Source of the DNA: an uncultured Chloroflexia bacterium
GTDB lineage: Bacteria > Chloroflexota > Anaerolineae > Promineifilales > Promineifilaceae
NCBI GenBank assembly: GCA_963807975.1
Contig: CAWEDV010000001.1
Location: 2,326,508 to 2,390,507, forward strand
Length of the DNA: 64,000 nt
Direction: 5' to 3'
This document shows, piece by piece, positions 36,617 to 46,537 of this stretch (positions within the stretch are counted from its first letter, which is position 1; each line of letters opens with the position of its first letter). Under the pieces are notes generated by a model, which saw only the letters and a program-made list of their open reading frames with translations, was not told the DNA's origin and did not search any database. Made by a program: the position numbers and the translations under genes.

Positions 36617-37975
36617 ACCCAAACTATAGGGGCTACCTTCGAGAGCATAAATGAAACCATCGTGGGCGCCAAAGAATACCATCTGCTCGACCACAGCGGG
36701 AGAAGTCCAGACCGGTATCCGCGGCTGCACCAGGTAATTCCAGGCAATCGTCCCATCCTGCCGCTGCAGCGCATAAAGATTGCCATCGCTTGATCCGACA
36801 ATGACCAGGTCGCCCGCCAGAGCCGGTGAAGAAAGTACACCACCGCCCAAACTTGTACGCCACAGCAGTTGCCCACTGGCTGCATCCAGGGCATAGAGAA
36901 AACTATCGCCCGAGCCAATATAAAGGATGCCGCCCTCGATGGCAGGTGAAGAAAAGACCCGCCCCCCGGTCGCAAATCGCCAGCGCTCAGTGCCCGTGGT
37001 GGCGTCCAAAGCATAGACATTACCATCATCCGAGCCGGCGAAAACCACATTGTCCACGGCCGTCGGCGAAGAGAAAACGCCGCGCCCGGTGGCAAACCGC
37101 CAGCGCTCAACTCCCGTCTGAGCGTCCAGGGCATAAATATTGCCGTCATTAGAGCCGATGGTAAGCATGCCGTTGGTCACAGATGGCGAAGAAAGAATGC
37201 CCGCCCCCGTTTCAAATCGCCAAACTTCGGCCCCACTCTCTGCGTCCAGAGCATAGACGTTGCGGTCAAAAGCACCAAAATAGACCAGACCGTCGACGAC
37301 CGCCGCTGAAGACTGTTGGCCTCCCCCGCCGAGAGCATAGTGCCATTTTTCACTGCCCGTATTCCCGTCGACAGCGTAAAAAAGATTATCATCCGCGCCA
37401 AAGTAGACCGTGCCCCCAACGACTGATGGTGAAGCACGCAGCAGACCTCCGGTGGGAAAACGCCACAACTCCGCTCCTGTCTCGCTCTCCAGAGCGAACA
37501 AGGCGTTGTTAAACGTCCCCACATAGAGAACACCGTCGACAATGGCTGGGGAGGACTCGACGGTACCCCCCGTATCAACCTGCCAGCGCAATTGCGGTTG
37601 GCCCGTAAACAGTTCACCACGAGAGCCGGAATGCTGCAAATTGAGCCGGAACATGGGCCAATCTTCGCTTGGGAGTTCTTTACCTGCTGCATCCGGGGCG
37701 GGGGTTGGTGATAGTTGGGGTTTTATGGTGGGTTCGCCCGTTGCTGCGCTTATCTCAATTGCTCTAACAACTTCTGTGGGCACAGCCGTTTCCGCGGGTG
37801 CCGTCTCTGCCTCAGGCATCGGGGGCGTTAGCGAAGTCGGCGTCGCGAACGACTCTCCGCTGCTCTCCTGCTCTACTGCCGGACCAGAGGTTTGGGTGGC
37901 CGGTGGCGTAAAAACATCTTGGCTGCAAGCCACCAATACTAAACTCATGAACAGAAACAGCACATATCTTTTCAT
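36509..37975 (-). CDS. PQQ-like beta-propeller repeat lipoprotein
   Basis: Lipobox LVLVAC. Eight or more repeats of G.VY.GS.DG.LYALDA.TG...WRF.TGG...SSP. The C-terminal 35 codons overlap the convergent MFS gene. Confidence 0.7.
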   Translation of the reverse strand: MKRYVLFLFMSLVLVACSQDVFTPPATQTSGPAVEQESSGESFATPTSLTPPMPEAETAPAETAVPTEVVRAIEISAATGEPTIKPQLSPTPAPDAAGKELPSEDWPMFRLNLQHSGSRGELFTGQPQLRWQVDTGGTVESSPAIVDGVLYVGTFNNALFALESETGAELWRFPTGGLLRASPSVVGGTVYFGADDNLFYAVDGNTGSEKWHYALGGGGQQSSAAVVDGLVYFGAFDRNVYALDAESGAEVWRFETGAGILSSPSVTNGMLTIGSNDGNIYALDAQTGVERWRFATGRGVFSSPTAVDNVVFAGSDDGNVYALDATTGTERWRFATGGRVFSSPAIEGGILYIGSGDSFLYALDAASGQLLWRTSLGGGVLSSPALAGDLVIVGSSDGNLYALQRQDGTIAWNYLVQPRIPVWTSPAVVEQMVFFGAHDGFIYALEGSPYSLGLVFDKGHLDLTILAHQPVGEKEEQQGGESGDYADQ

Positions 37976-38127
37976 TCACTATCCGCAATCTAAACACTCT
38001 CTGATTGAGACGACTCAACCACCTCATTTCTTACCCGAGCCCCTACTCAGCCCAGAAACCGGGTTCCTTCATTTATGGCGCACAGCCAACTAGGCGGGCA
38101 ATTGACATCCATACCCCTTCTATATTA

Positions 38128-38166
38128 AAATGTACGTACATAACTACTTAATAAGTACGTACATAT
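38128..38166. promoter_or_regulatory. Two copies of TGTACGTACATA (each containing the palindrome GTACGTAC) spaced 11 bp apart, upstream of the antitoxin gene: putative TA operator
   Basis: Seen directly, next to a TTGACA hexamer at 38102. Confidence 0.5.
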
Positions 38167-38173
38167 CGAGTGT

Positions 38174-38416
38174 ATGCTGATGAAATCAATTACGCCAACA
38201 GAACTTAGGGCCAATATTTACAAACTGCTTGATGAGATTTTGCGCACTGGCTTGCCAATAGAAATCAAAAAGGGCGATCGGAAATTAAGGATTATTCCCG
38301 TTGAGCAGAATGACAAACTCAACAACTTGGTTTCAAGACCAGATGTTATTAAAGGCGATCCCGAAGAATTAGTTGCCCTCAGCTGGGAAGACGAGGTGAC
38401 CCTTGATTTACCTTGA
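38174..38416 (+). CDS. Type II antitoxin (Phd/YefM-like)
   Basis: 80 aa, ITPTELRANIYKLLDEI..., overlaps the downstream PIN gene by 14 bp. Confidence 0.65.
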   Translation: MLMKSITPTELRANIYKLLDEILRTGLPIEIKKGDRKLRIIPVEQNDKLNNLVSRPDVIKGDPEELVALSWEDEVTLDLP

Positions 38417-38777
38417 CACCCACATTATCGTCTGGCTTTATGCAGGCCTGGCAGAAAAATTAAGTGAACCGGCTCGTAACTTGATCAATAAACACGAGCT
38501 CTACATCTCACCTATCGTTCGTCTAGAACTGCAATATCTGCATGAAATTCAACGCCTGTCCACAGATGCCCAAAGCATCGTTTCTGATCTTGAAAATCGT
38601 ATAGGCTTGTTACTATGTGACAAACCATTTGATCCAATCGTTTCCAAAGCCTTGGCCTTCTCCTGGACCCGTGATCCGTTTGATCGTCTAATCGTGGGCC
38701 AGGCAGCCTTAAACGACAACATTCTACTATCCAAAGATCCGGCTGTCAGGGAAAATTACGTCCACGCAAGATGGTAA
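38403..38777 (+). CDS. vapC: PIN-domain toxin (VapC family)
   Basis: MIYLDTHIIVW (Asp4), ...DPFDRLIVGQA acidic residues. Confidence 0.75.
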   Translation: MIYLDTHIIVWLYAGLAEKLSEPARNLINKHELYISPIVRLELQYLHEIQRLSTDAQSIVSDLENRIGLLLCDKPFDPIVSKALAFSWTRDPFDRLIVGQAALNDNILLSKDPAVRENYVHARW

Positions 38778-38925
38778 ATCAATAAATGTGCAAATTCGTG
38801 ACCAAAGATTGGACTTAACCAATTTTGGGGTATGATCGCGGCCTGGCGGAAAATCTGGGGTTACGCAGTAATCCACAACTCTGCTACGATTACGCCGCCC
38901 ACTCCACTATTAACAGGAGCATGAT

Positions 38926-40353
38926 ATGGCAAGCAAAAAAGAACTTGTGCCCACTGAAAAAGTTTATACTCGCGCCCCTTACTGGAAAGATGTGCCGGAT
39001 GAAAAATGGATGGACTGGCGCTGGCAAATGAGCCACCGTCTGAACAGCCTCGCCGAATTAGAAGCTGTCATCAACCTCACAGAGAGTGAACGAAAAGCCT
39101 TGGCTGCTCAGGGTCTATTCCGCGTGGACATTACGCCCTACTTCGCCAGCCTGATCGATCCCGATGACCCCACCTGCCCTGTTCGCAAACAGGTCATCCC
39201 CACGTCTGCGGAGATGGTCTCCTTTGAATCCATGATGGAAGATTCCCTGGCTGAGGACAAACATTCTCCCGTTCCTGGATTGGTACACCGTTATCCCGAC
39301 CGCGTCTTAATGTTGGTAACCACCCAATGCGCCAGCTACTGCCGCTACTGCACGCGCAGTCGCATCGTGGGTGACCCGACGCAAACCTTCAGCCGCACCG
39401 AGTTTGACGCCCAAATTGAGTACATCGAGAAAACGCCCCAAATCAGGGACGTGCTATTATCCGGCGGCGATCCCATGGTACTGGCCCCAAAACTGCTGGA
39501 AATGATCCTTTCCCGCCTGCGCGCCATTCCCCATATCGAAATTATCCGCCTCGGATCGCGTGTTCCTGTCTTTCTGCCTATGCGCGTTGACGAGAAGTTC
39601 TGCGAAATGGTCGCTAAATACCACCCGTTGTGGATCAATATTCACGTCAACCACCCCAAAGAAGTGACCCCCGAACTGGCGGCCGCCGCAGACCGTCTGA
39701 CCCGTGCCGGCGTACCCCTGGGCAACCAGAGCGTTCTACTTGCCGGCGTCAACGATTCCGTGCGCATCCAGCGCAAACTGCTCCATGAGCTGGTAAAAAT
39801 CCGCGTACGGCCGTATTACCTTTACCAATGCGATCTCGTGGAAGGCTCCGGCCATTTCCGCACCTCGGTCAGCAAGGGGATCGAAATCATGGAAGGGCTG
39901 CGCGGCCATACCTCAGGATACGCTGTGCCCACCTATGTCGTCGACGCGCCTGGAGGCGGGGGCAAGATCCCCCTACAGCCCAACTATGTCCTCTCCCAGG
40001 GACCAGACAAAGTTATCCTACGCAACTTTGAGGGTTATGTGACCACCTACTCTGAGCCCAAAGATTACGACCCAGACGAAATCAGAACCCAGGAATCGCT
40101 GATCGAACCCCGTCCCGAACCGGGCCAGGAGGGCATTCACGGGCTGCTGCAAGGGCAGCGCATGTCCATCGAACCGGCGGGCTTTTCCGATGTTCACGCC
40201 CGCGGAGGCGCCGAACACCGCCTGCGCAGCGGCGATCTATCCCAAAAATGGCAGCCCCTGGGCATTGGCGCCCTGGAAAGCGAAGAAGGGACCGGTCATA
40301 ACGAGGCAGAAAAAAAGGTACTGCCCGCGGGAGATGAGGAGGCCGAAGCCTAG
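38926..40353 (+). CDS. kamA: L-lysine 2,3-aminomutase family radical SAM enzyme (KamA/EpmB-like) with about 100-aa acidic C-terminal extension
   Basis: VLMLVTTQCASYCRYCTRSRIVG, LSGGDPMVL, PYYLYQCDLVEGSGHFR. Confidence 0.8.
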   Translation: MASKKELVPTEKVYTRAPYWKDVPDEKWMDWRWQMSHRLNSLAELEAVINLTESERKALAAQGLFRVDITPYFASLIDPDDPTCPVRKQVIPTSAEMVSFESMMEDSLAEDKHSPVPGLVHRYPDRVLMLVTTQCASYCRYCTRSRIVGDPTQTFSRTEFDAQIEYIEKTPQIRDVLLSGGDPMVLAPKLLEMILSRLRAIPHIEIIRLGSRVPVFLPMRVDEKFCEMVAKYHPLWINIHVNHPKEVTPELAAAADRLTRAGVPLGNQSVLLAGVNDSVRIQRKLLHELVKIRVRPYYLYQCDLVEGSGHFRTSVSKGIEIMEGLRGHTSGYAVPTYVVDAPGGGGKIPLQPNYVLSQGPDKVILRNFEGYVTTYSEPKDYDPDEIRTQESLIEPRPEPGQEGIHGLLQGQRMSIEPAGFSDVHARGGAEHRLRSGDLSQKWQPLGIGALESEEGTGHNEAEKKVLPAGDEEAEA

Positions 40354-40358
40354 CCCCC

Positions 40359-41198
40359 ATGCTCGACGAACAAGCATTGAAAGAGCGCCTGCGCGAGATC
40401 GCTGCCGCCGACTATAAAGCGCCCACCAGACCGGAAATCTATCCTTTGGTCTTGGCTATGGGCGCCCATACCGGTTCCACCGACCCGGAACTGCGCGATG
40501 ATCTCATCTACATGACCATGGCTTACTGGATCCAACGGGATGTCTTTGAGGCCAAAGATCTGAAGGAAATCCTGCAAGTCGCGCTCAATGAACAGCATCT
40601 CTTTTACGGCCTGGGCCAAAAAGAGACCGACACTGTCTTCACACGCTCCTTTTCAATGCTCATTGTCGCCGCGGTCCTGAATGCCCACAGGCGCCACACC
40701 TTCTTACCCGATGACGAATTACACGTCATCAAACAGAAGCTGCTGCGCTACCTGGAAGGTGAAAAAGATTTGCGCGGCTATGTACCGCTTAAAGGTTGGG
40801 CGCATGCCATAGCCCATGCCGCGGATGCCCTGGACGAGTTGGTCCAGTGCGCGGAAATGAACGCGGAAGACCTGTGCGAGATACTTACTACTATGCGAAA
40901 GGTAATTCGCACAACAGCCGCCGTCTACATCTGCGAAGAAGATGAACGACTGGCAACGGCCGTGCTGGCTGCTTGGCAGCGCGACGAAATAGATAATGAA
41001 TCCATCATTTCCTGGCTGGCATCATTTGTCCCTCTCGCCGACCAGGATCTGCCCTTTGAGGAACGGTATCCCAGCTTCGTCAACAGCAAGAACTTCCTGC
41101 GCAGTCTCACCTTTCGTACCAGCCGCATGTCCTTTTCCGAATCAATACACCAGGCCATCCGCCAGGCCCTGCTCCGTTTTAGTCGCTTCGAGAACTAG
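40359..41198 (+). CDS. Hypothetical protein (DUF2785-like?)
   Basis: 279 aa ORF beginning 6 bp after the kamA stop; no confidently recognised motif. Confidence 0.45.
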   Translation: MLDEQALKERLREIAAADYKAPTRPEIYPLVLAMGAHTGSTDPELRDDLIYMTMAYWIQRDVFEAKDLKEILQVALNEQHLFYGLGQKETDTVFTRSFSMLIVAAVLNAHRRHTFLPDDELHVIKQKLLRYLEGEKDLRGYVPLKGWAHAIAHAADALDELVQCAEMNAEDLCEILTTMRKVIRTTAAVYICEEDERLATAVLAAWQRDEIDNESIISWLASFVPLADQDLPFEERYPSFVNSKNFLRSLTFRTSRMSFSESIHQAIRQALLRFSRFEN

Positions 41199-41338
41199 TT
41201 TATGTGTCATGCTCGCCAAGGTGGGCATCCAACTCCTCGCTTACGAAAATGGATTCCTACCTCCATGAATATGGGGGAATGACCGATCGCCAAGTAGGGC
41301 TTATATTGTAAATGCCCTGTGAACATTCGCTTAAGGGG

Positions 41339-41367
41339 TAGACAACGGTTGTTCAATCCCCTATAAT
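41339..41367 (+). promoter_or_regulatory. Sigma-70-like promoter TAGACA-N17-TATAAT
   Basis: Seen directly, about 50 bp upstream of the small ORF at 41418. Confidence 0.5.
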
Positions 41368-41417
41368 GAGTTTTTAGGGCGTTGTTATTTTGTTGCCCGA
41401 AGGAAGAGGAAGCTGAT

Positions 41418-41582
41418 ATGTTCATACTGCTTTTGATAGTCGCATTTGTCATCGTCAGCACGGTATTTGTCATCGCTGCGGGCATTCTATCCTCACGTCT
41501 AAGCAGACAGGAAGAATGGATGGAAACCTACGAAGACATGGAATCCACTGCGGCCGAGGCGCTGCCGCAAGCGACTGAATAA
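41418..41582 (+). CDS. Small single-TM membrane protein (54 aa)
   Basis: RBS AGGAAGAGGAAG. MFILLLIVAFVIVSTVFVIAAGIL then acidic tail. Confidence 0.5.
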   Translation: MFILLLIVAFVIVSTVFVIAAGILSSRLSRQEEWMETYEDMESTAAEALPQATE

Positions 41583-41642
41583 TCGCCAATTCTGAACAGG
41601 CAATTTCCTGCTCAGGACGATATGTAACCCAGATCATTATCC

Positions 41643-41680
41643 GGCCGTCACCAGTGGTGACGGCCGTTTCATTTCCCAGA
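41643..41680 (+). terminator. Rho-independent terminator (GGCCGTCACC AGT GGTGACGGCC GTTTCATTT)
   Basis: Perfect 10-bp stem followed by a T-rich tract. Confidence 0.7.
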
Positions 41681-41751
41681 TTTGATTAAGAGCGAATAAA
41701 GCAGCCGCCGCTTCCCTTGGACGGACGATGCCCCTGCATTAAGATCAGGGC

Positions 41752-43023
41752 ATGAACTGGCGTCGCGGCCTTCGTGCCTTCAAATTTATTCTGCTCATCC
41801 TGCTCGTTGCCCTGCTGCTGGCCCCCGAATGGCCCGCCTTCGCCGACGATCAGTACCGGCTGCGCGAAATCGTTGGCCTGCGTGAATTTGATTTCCTGGT
41901 CTGGGAATCAGATGCCTTCCTGGACAAAGGAGAAACAGCGCTCGCTGGCGGCCATCGCTTCCTGGATAAGGTCGCCCAGAAAGAGATCGTGCTCGAATAT
42001 CTGCAGCTTTCCCAGGAGGCACGCTGGCTGGAGTATGAGTTAAACAATATCTACGCCGATCCGGAAATCGACAATCCCGACCTATATTCAGCAGACAAAC
42101 AAGAAGAGTTGGCCCGCATTCGCGCCGAAATAGACGCCCAGCAGCTCTTGGCTGAAGCCGTCGTGCAGCAGCAGGTTGGCCAGATTCTCTTGGACGAAGG
42201 ATTTTCCCTCGCCGGCCAGGCCTGGCCCCCGGTGCTCATGCACGTAACCCCCCTTCCTTCAGTGCTGATCGTATCCCCTCGGGACCACATAGAAAAAACC
42301 TACCAGATCAACCTGGTCACTGGCCTTTCCACACCGACCAAGGAAGAAATGGAAACGGCCGTCTTCGAAGACCTCGATCTTTCCGCCTTGGTCGTACCAA
42401 TTGGTGGTATCGGCACCTTTCCTTCCATGATCCAGGAAACCAGTGACATCAACCGTCTCGCCGAAGTAACCAGCCACGAATGGACCCATCATTGGCTGAC
42501 CTTGCAGCCCCTGGGCTTCAACTATGCCTTTGATCCGTCCGTACGCATCATCAACGAGACCGTAGCCTCCATCGTCGATCAAGAACTGGGGCAGCAGGTT
42601 GTCGAACGTTTTTATCTCGAGCATCTGCCTCCCGATCTGCCGCCAGACCCCCCAGCGCCTGCCCCGGATGAGCCGCCAGCCTTCGATTTCCGAGCCGAGA
42701 TGGCCGAAACCCGCATTGGTGCTGACGAACTTTTAGCTGCAGGAAAAATAGAGCAAGCAGAAGCTTATATGGAAGAACGGCGCCAACTATTCCTGGAACA
42801 AGGGTACAGCATCCGCAAGATTAACCAGGCCTACTTTGCCTTCTACGGCGCTTACGCCGCCGAACCAGGAGGCGCGCAGGGCGGCAACCCCATTGGCCCC
42901 ATGCTGCGCGATATCCGCAACGCAACCCCATCTATTCGCGCCTTCTTAGATACGGTGGCTCCCATCACCAGCTTTGAGGAACTGGAAGAAATCCATAAAG
43001 AGCTGACGACTGTTCTAAAATAA
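41752..43023 (+). CDS. Hypothetical exported/membrane-anchored protein with HExxH motif (putative zinc-dependent hydrolase)
   Basis: N-terminal hydrophobic segment; SHEWTHHW; Pro-rich PPDLPPDPPAPAPDEPP linker. Confidence 0.5.
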   Translation: MNWRRGLRAFKFILLILLVALLLAPEWPAFADDQYRLREIVGLREFDFLVWESDAFLDKGETALAGGHRFLDKVAQKEIVLEYLQLSQEARWLEYELNNIYADPEIDNPDLYSADKQEELARIRAEIDAQQLLAEAVVQQQVGQILLDEGFSLAGQAWPPVLMHVTPLPSVLIVSPRDHIEKTYQINLVTGLSTPTKEEMETAVFEDLDLSALVVPIGGIGTFPSMIQETSDINRLAEVTSHEWTHHWLTLQPLGFNYAFDPSVRIINETVASIVDQELGQQVVERFYLEHLPPDLPPDPPAPAPDEPPAFDFRAEMAETRIGADELLAAGKIEQAEAYMEERRQLFLEQGYSIRKINQAYFAFYGAYAAEPGGAQGGNPIGPMLRDIRNATPSIRAFLDTVAPITSFEELEEIHKELTTVLK

Positions 43024-43058
43024 AGAAACCCGGTTTTTTCAGAAAAAACCAGGTTTCT
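43024..43058. terminator. Bidirectional terminator hairpin (CCGGTTTTTT CAG AAAAAACCAGG) between convergent genes
   Basis: Seen directly. Confidence 0.65.
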
Positions 43059-43078
43059 AAGTTTCTACGTTACCACGC

Positions 43079-44011
43079 TTACTCTTGCTCGCTAAACCAG
43101 CGTTCCAACTGAATAGCTGCGGCGCAGCCCTGACCCACTGACGTAGCCACCTGGCGAAATACTGGATCCTGAATCTCACCCGCAGCGAAGACCCCAGGCA
43201 CATTGGTGCGCATCAACTCGTCCGTGATCACATAGCCGTGCTCATCCATCGCCACCCTTCCTTCCAGAAACTTACTGTTCGGATAATGACCAATGAACAC
43301 AAAAACGCCGTCCGTGTCAATTGTGCTCTTTTCGCCCGACTTTACATTGGTCACTGCCACGCCCGTCACCGAACCATTGCCAACAACCTCATCCACCACC
43401 GTATCCCAAATGAAGGACATTTTCTCATTGGCGAAGGCCCGTTTCTGCAGTACTGGCCCGGCTCGCAGCTCATCACGCCGGTGAATCACGCGTACATTAT
43501 TGGCAAAGCGTGTCAGGAAAATCCCTTCTTCCATGGCGCTGTCTCCGCCACCAATGACGACAACATCCTTGTCGCGGAAGAAAAATCCATCACAGGTGCC
43601 GCAGTAGCTGACTCCGCGGCCGATAAATTCATCCTCGCCAGGCACATTCATATGGGTTGGCGATGCCCCAGCGGTTAAAATGATAGCATCCGCCTGGAAC
43701 TCTTTGCCATAGGTTTTGACCATAAAAGGCGCGCCCTGGCTGAAATCAACCTCGACCACTTCATCGTATTCAAACCGTGCGCCAAAATGCGTGGCCTGTT
43801 CCTGCATCAGCCCCACCAATTCCGGACCCGTTGGCGCTTTTTCAGCAGAGAAGAAGCCGGGGTAATTCTCTATTTCATGGGTCAGAGCAACCTGTCCCCC
43901 GATCATCGTTCCTGTAATAACCAGTGGGTTTAGCTGGGCCCGCGCAGCATAAAGAGCCGCCGTCAGCCCCGCAGGGCCTGAACCGACTATAATGACCCGT
44001 TCTTTTTCCAT
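43079..44011 (-). CDS. trxB: Thioredoxin-disulfide reductase
   Basis: [25 protein letters not shown] redox-active pair, [10 protein letters not shown]. Confidence 0.9.
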   Translation of the reverse strand: MEKERVIIVGSGPAGLTAALYAARAQLNPLVITGTMIGGQVALTHEIENYPGFFSAEKAPTGPELVGLMQEQATHFGARFEYDEVVEVDFSQGAPFMVKTYGKEFQADAIILTAGASPTHMNVPGEDEFIGRGVSYCGTCDGFFFRDKDVVVIGGGDSAMEEGIFLTRFANNVRVIHRRDELRAGPVLQKRAFANEKMSFIWDTVVDEVVGNGSVTGVAVTNVKSGEKSTIDTDGVFVFIGHYPNSKFLEGRVAMDEHGYVITDELMRTNVPGVFAAGEIQDPVFRQVATSVGQGCAAAIQLERWFSEQE

Positions 44012-44411
44012 TGTACAATCTTCCTTACTAAAAAACCTGGCAGATTTCCTATTGTTGAAACCTGGCAGGTTTTCTCTTGTTAACTATCCTGGTCATGGTC
44101 AATTCAGACCGGCCAAGTTTAATCCTATCTACCCATTGACAGGCAATGAGTTTCTTATCTTACAGACGCTCCACGAAGACACAGTATATCAGAGCATATC
44201 CATACTAAATTTTAACGCTCTGTTGGACATCAAACAAGACATTGCGCCTGAAACATATACGGTTTTTATATTGGTTGTTTTGCTTACCCTTTTAGTCGCC
44301 TGTAGGGCAGCAAAGCCCGAAGAGCTTCGATCAGTCTCATTGGTGGTTGTAAATGGGAAGGTAACAATCGCTTCGGGCTGATCAAAAATGGTCACAACTC
44401 CGCTGCGTTCG

Positions 44412-45182
44412 CTAGGTAGCACGCAGAAAAGGCGCCGCCAGGCGCGGCAGCACGTCAGCCACATCCCCCCGGATAACGACATCTGCCAGTTGATCGGCAT
44501 AGGTTTCGCTAAGATTAACGATGACCAGGCGCGCCCCCAACTGCTTGGCCATCAGTGGCAGATCTGAGACCGGCACAACCTCCAATGACGTACCAGCAAC
44601 CAGCATCAGATCACAGGTTCTGGCCCAAATCTCTGCCCCGCGCAGCACGCTAAAAGGAGGCATCTCGCCATAAAGGGTCACATTTGGCTTCATAACGCTC
44701 CCGCAGAGCTCGCAAAGCGGCACCTCTCGGGTAACCACAAATTCATGCAGCAGGGCCTCGGCCTCAATCACCAGGCCGCAGCCCATACAGGTCGCCTGCC
44801 GTAAATGACCATGCACCTCGTAGACCTTTTCTGATCCGGCCCGGTGGTGCAGCATGTCGATATTCTGGGTAATGACCGCCTGAAGAGGCCCGTGTTTCTC
44901 TAGAACCACCAGAGCGATATGGGCTGGATTTGGATGTGCTTCCAGCGATAATTGGGCCAGGGGGTGGATCCAATTGTAGAAATCCTGCGGTCTCCTTTCA
45001 AAGGCCTCGATGGAGGCCACGGCCATCAGATCATATTCCTCCCAAAGACCGCTGCCGGGAGAGCGAAAATCAGGGATGCCAGATGGCGTGCTGATCCCCG
45101 CGCCGGTCAGGGCCACGGCACGCCGCGATTCTTTGATGAGTTCTATTGCTTGATTGATTCGGAAGTCCTGTTCTTGGTTCAT
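44412..45182 (-). CDS. cobB: NAD-dependent protein deacylase, Sir2 family (CobB-type)
   Basis: GAGISTPSGIPDFRSPGSGLW, QNIDMLH, zinc ribbon CMGCG...CELCG. Confidence 0.85.
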   Translation of the reverse strand: MNQEQDFRINQAIELIKESRRAVALTGAGISTPSGIPDFRSPGSGLWEEYDLMAVASIEAFERRPQDFYNWIHPLAQLSLEAHPNPAHIALVVLEKHGPLQAVITQNIDMLHHRAGSEKVYEVHGHLRQATCMGCGLVIEAEALLHEFVVTREVPLCELCGSVMKPNVTLYGEMPPFSVLRGAEIWARTCDLMLVAGTSLEVVPVSDLPLMAKQLGARLVIVNLSETYADQLADVVIRGDVADVLPRLAAPFLRAT

Positions 45183-45239
45183 TCCAAGTTCGCCGCTTAT
45201 CTTTCCTTCCCCTTGCTCTGGAGTTATTACAGACTGGAA

Positions 45240-46019
45240 CTACACCGGTGGCCAGGGATAATGCCGCCCAGGAGCGGGCTGTGGGAAAATGCCCTGATCT
45301 ATTAATATCTCCATCCGCTTGCTGCAAGCTGCCAATTCTATTCTGCTCAGCAGCTTCGCTAGCTGCCCCCGCAGCATCCCGTCCCGCTTGGCCAACTCTT
45401 CTTGCAGTCGGCCCAAGTCGAACAACAGCTCAATGGGGATAGTCATGCCTGCGAATTCCCAAATGACCGTACGCAGTTTATACTCATGGTGAAAACAGAT
45501 GCCGTGATCGATGCCCCACAACCAGCCATATCCTTCCAGGCCAGGAACTGCTTCACCCCCTCTATTCTCCTCGATGATCACATGCCCACCCTTGCGGTCG
45601 GCATTGTTGATCATCACATCCAACAGAACCATTTTCTGCAAAGGGCTGCGAAATGCCGGTTCCCCCTCCAAAGAAAAATAATGCTGGTCGGGATCATGTT
45701 CAATGAACAGTTGGACCGATCCCGGGCCATGCTCTCCATCACGCATGACTGTAGGCGGGACCAAATCCCAGCCCAAGTAATCGCTAAACAGGAAAGCAGC
45801 ATACTCGCGGGAACTCAAGGTACCAGTCGGGAAGTCCCATAACGGTCGTTCCCCCCGACTTGGCTTATAAACAGCCCTTAGCTCCCTCTCCCTATCACAA
45901 ACCTGAACCAAGAAAGCGTAATTAGAACTCCAGGGGAGAAGTCCCTCAATTTCCATCTGACCAGATTGCAGAATATTGAGGATTTCCGTTTTAGCCCCGG
46001 CATCCATGGCTCTAGTCAA
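45240..46019 (-). CDS. SCO1664-family protein (TIGR03843-like), PI3/PI4-kinase-like fold
   Basis: MINNADRKGGHV (catalytic-loop-like DRxxxN) and WGIDHGICFHH (DFG-like). Confidence 0.6.
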   Translation of the reverse strand: MTRAMDAGAKTEILNILQSGQMEIEGLLPWSSNYAFLVQVCDRERELRAVYKPSRGERPLWDFPTGTLSSREYAAFLFSDYLGWDLVPPTVMRDGEHGPGSVQLFIEHDPDQHYFSLEGEPAFRSPLQKMVLLDVMINNADRKGGHVIIEENRGGEAVPGLEGYGWLWGIDHGICFHHEYKLRTVIWEFAGMTIPIELLFDLGRLQEELAKRDGMLRGQLAKLLSRIELAACSKRMEILIDQGIFPQPAPGRHYPWPPV

Positions 46020-46537
46020 TGGCGGTGTCCGTTGCGATTGGGGCAGAAATGCCCATGCGGATCCATCGGTCGCCCACAGTTGCCGCAGATCGGTCGTCCC
46101 GCAGCCACAATCTTACGCGCATGAACAATAAGAGCCTGCATCTGCGCCCGGCTGGCCCAGAAACTGACCACATTTGGCTCCTCATCTTCATCCACCAATT
46201 CATAAGCTACCAGGACGATCTGATCAGCCGTTTCATTGTAACCTAGGCCCATATTCCCCACACGATAGAGCCCTTCCACCGGTTCGCGCAGGCGCATATC
46301 CTGCATGATCGCCTCTTCCGTATCGCGCGTCTCTTCGGGATGCTTATCATCCAGCTCTTCCAGGAATGTCTCCAGGCTTTCAGCCATAAGTGACACCTGC
46401 TGCTTCTCCACAATCAGAGAAAAGGTGTCCAAGCCTCGGCCTCCTTGTAGGTAGAAAACGCGCTGACCTGGAGGGCCAACCGTACCAACAGTCAGGTAAG
46501 AAACGGGATTTAATTCAATCTGCTGAGCCATGCGCAC
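46016..46537 (-). CDS. DUF3090 (TIGR03847-like) protein with C-terminal zinc ribbon
   Basis: CGNCGRPMDPHGHFCPNRNGH. 4-bp overlap with the downstream gene. Confidence 0.6.
   Translation of the reverse strand: MRMAQQIELNPVSYLTVGTVGPPGQRVFYLQGGRGLDTFSLIVEKQQVSLMAESLETFLEELDDKHPEETRDTEEAIMQDMRLREPVEGLYRVGNMGLGYNETADQIVLVAYELVDEDEEPNVVSFWASRAQMQALIVHARKIVAAGRPICGNCGRPMDPHGHFCPNRNGHRH

Noticed and set aside
36613-37692. Minus-strand and plus-strand ORFs (36613-37149, 37177-37692, 36826-37152, 37183-37512)
   Set aside because: They are alternative frames of the PQQ-propeller gene, with Arg/Pro/Trp-rich spurious translations.
38780-38925. Possible lysine riboswitch upstream of the lysine 2,3-aminomutase gene
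   Set aside because: The leader is only about 145 nt and lacks the conserved lysine-box elements and five-stem architecture.
44300-44411. 8-bp stem (GCCCGAAG/CTTCGGGC) enclosing about 50 nt downstream of cobB, as a terminator or small RNA
   Set aside because: The loop is too large for an intrinsic terminator and there is only a weak U-tract. The sequence does not match any RNA family recognisable by eye.
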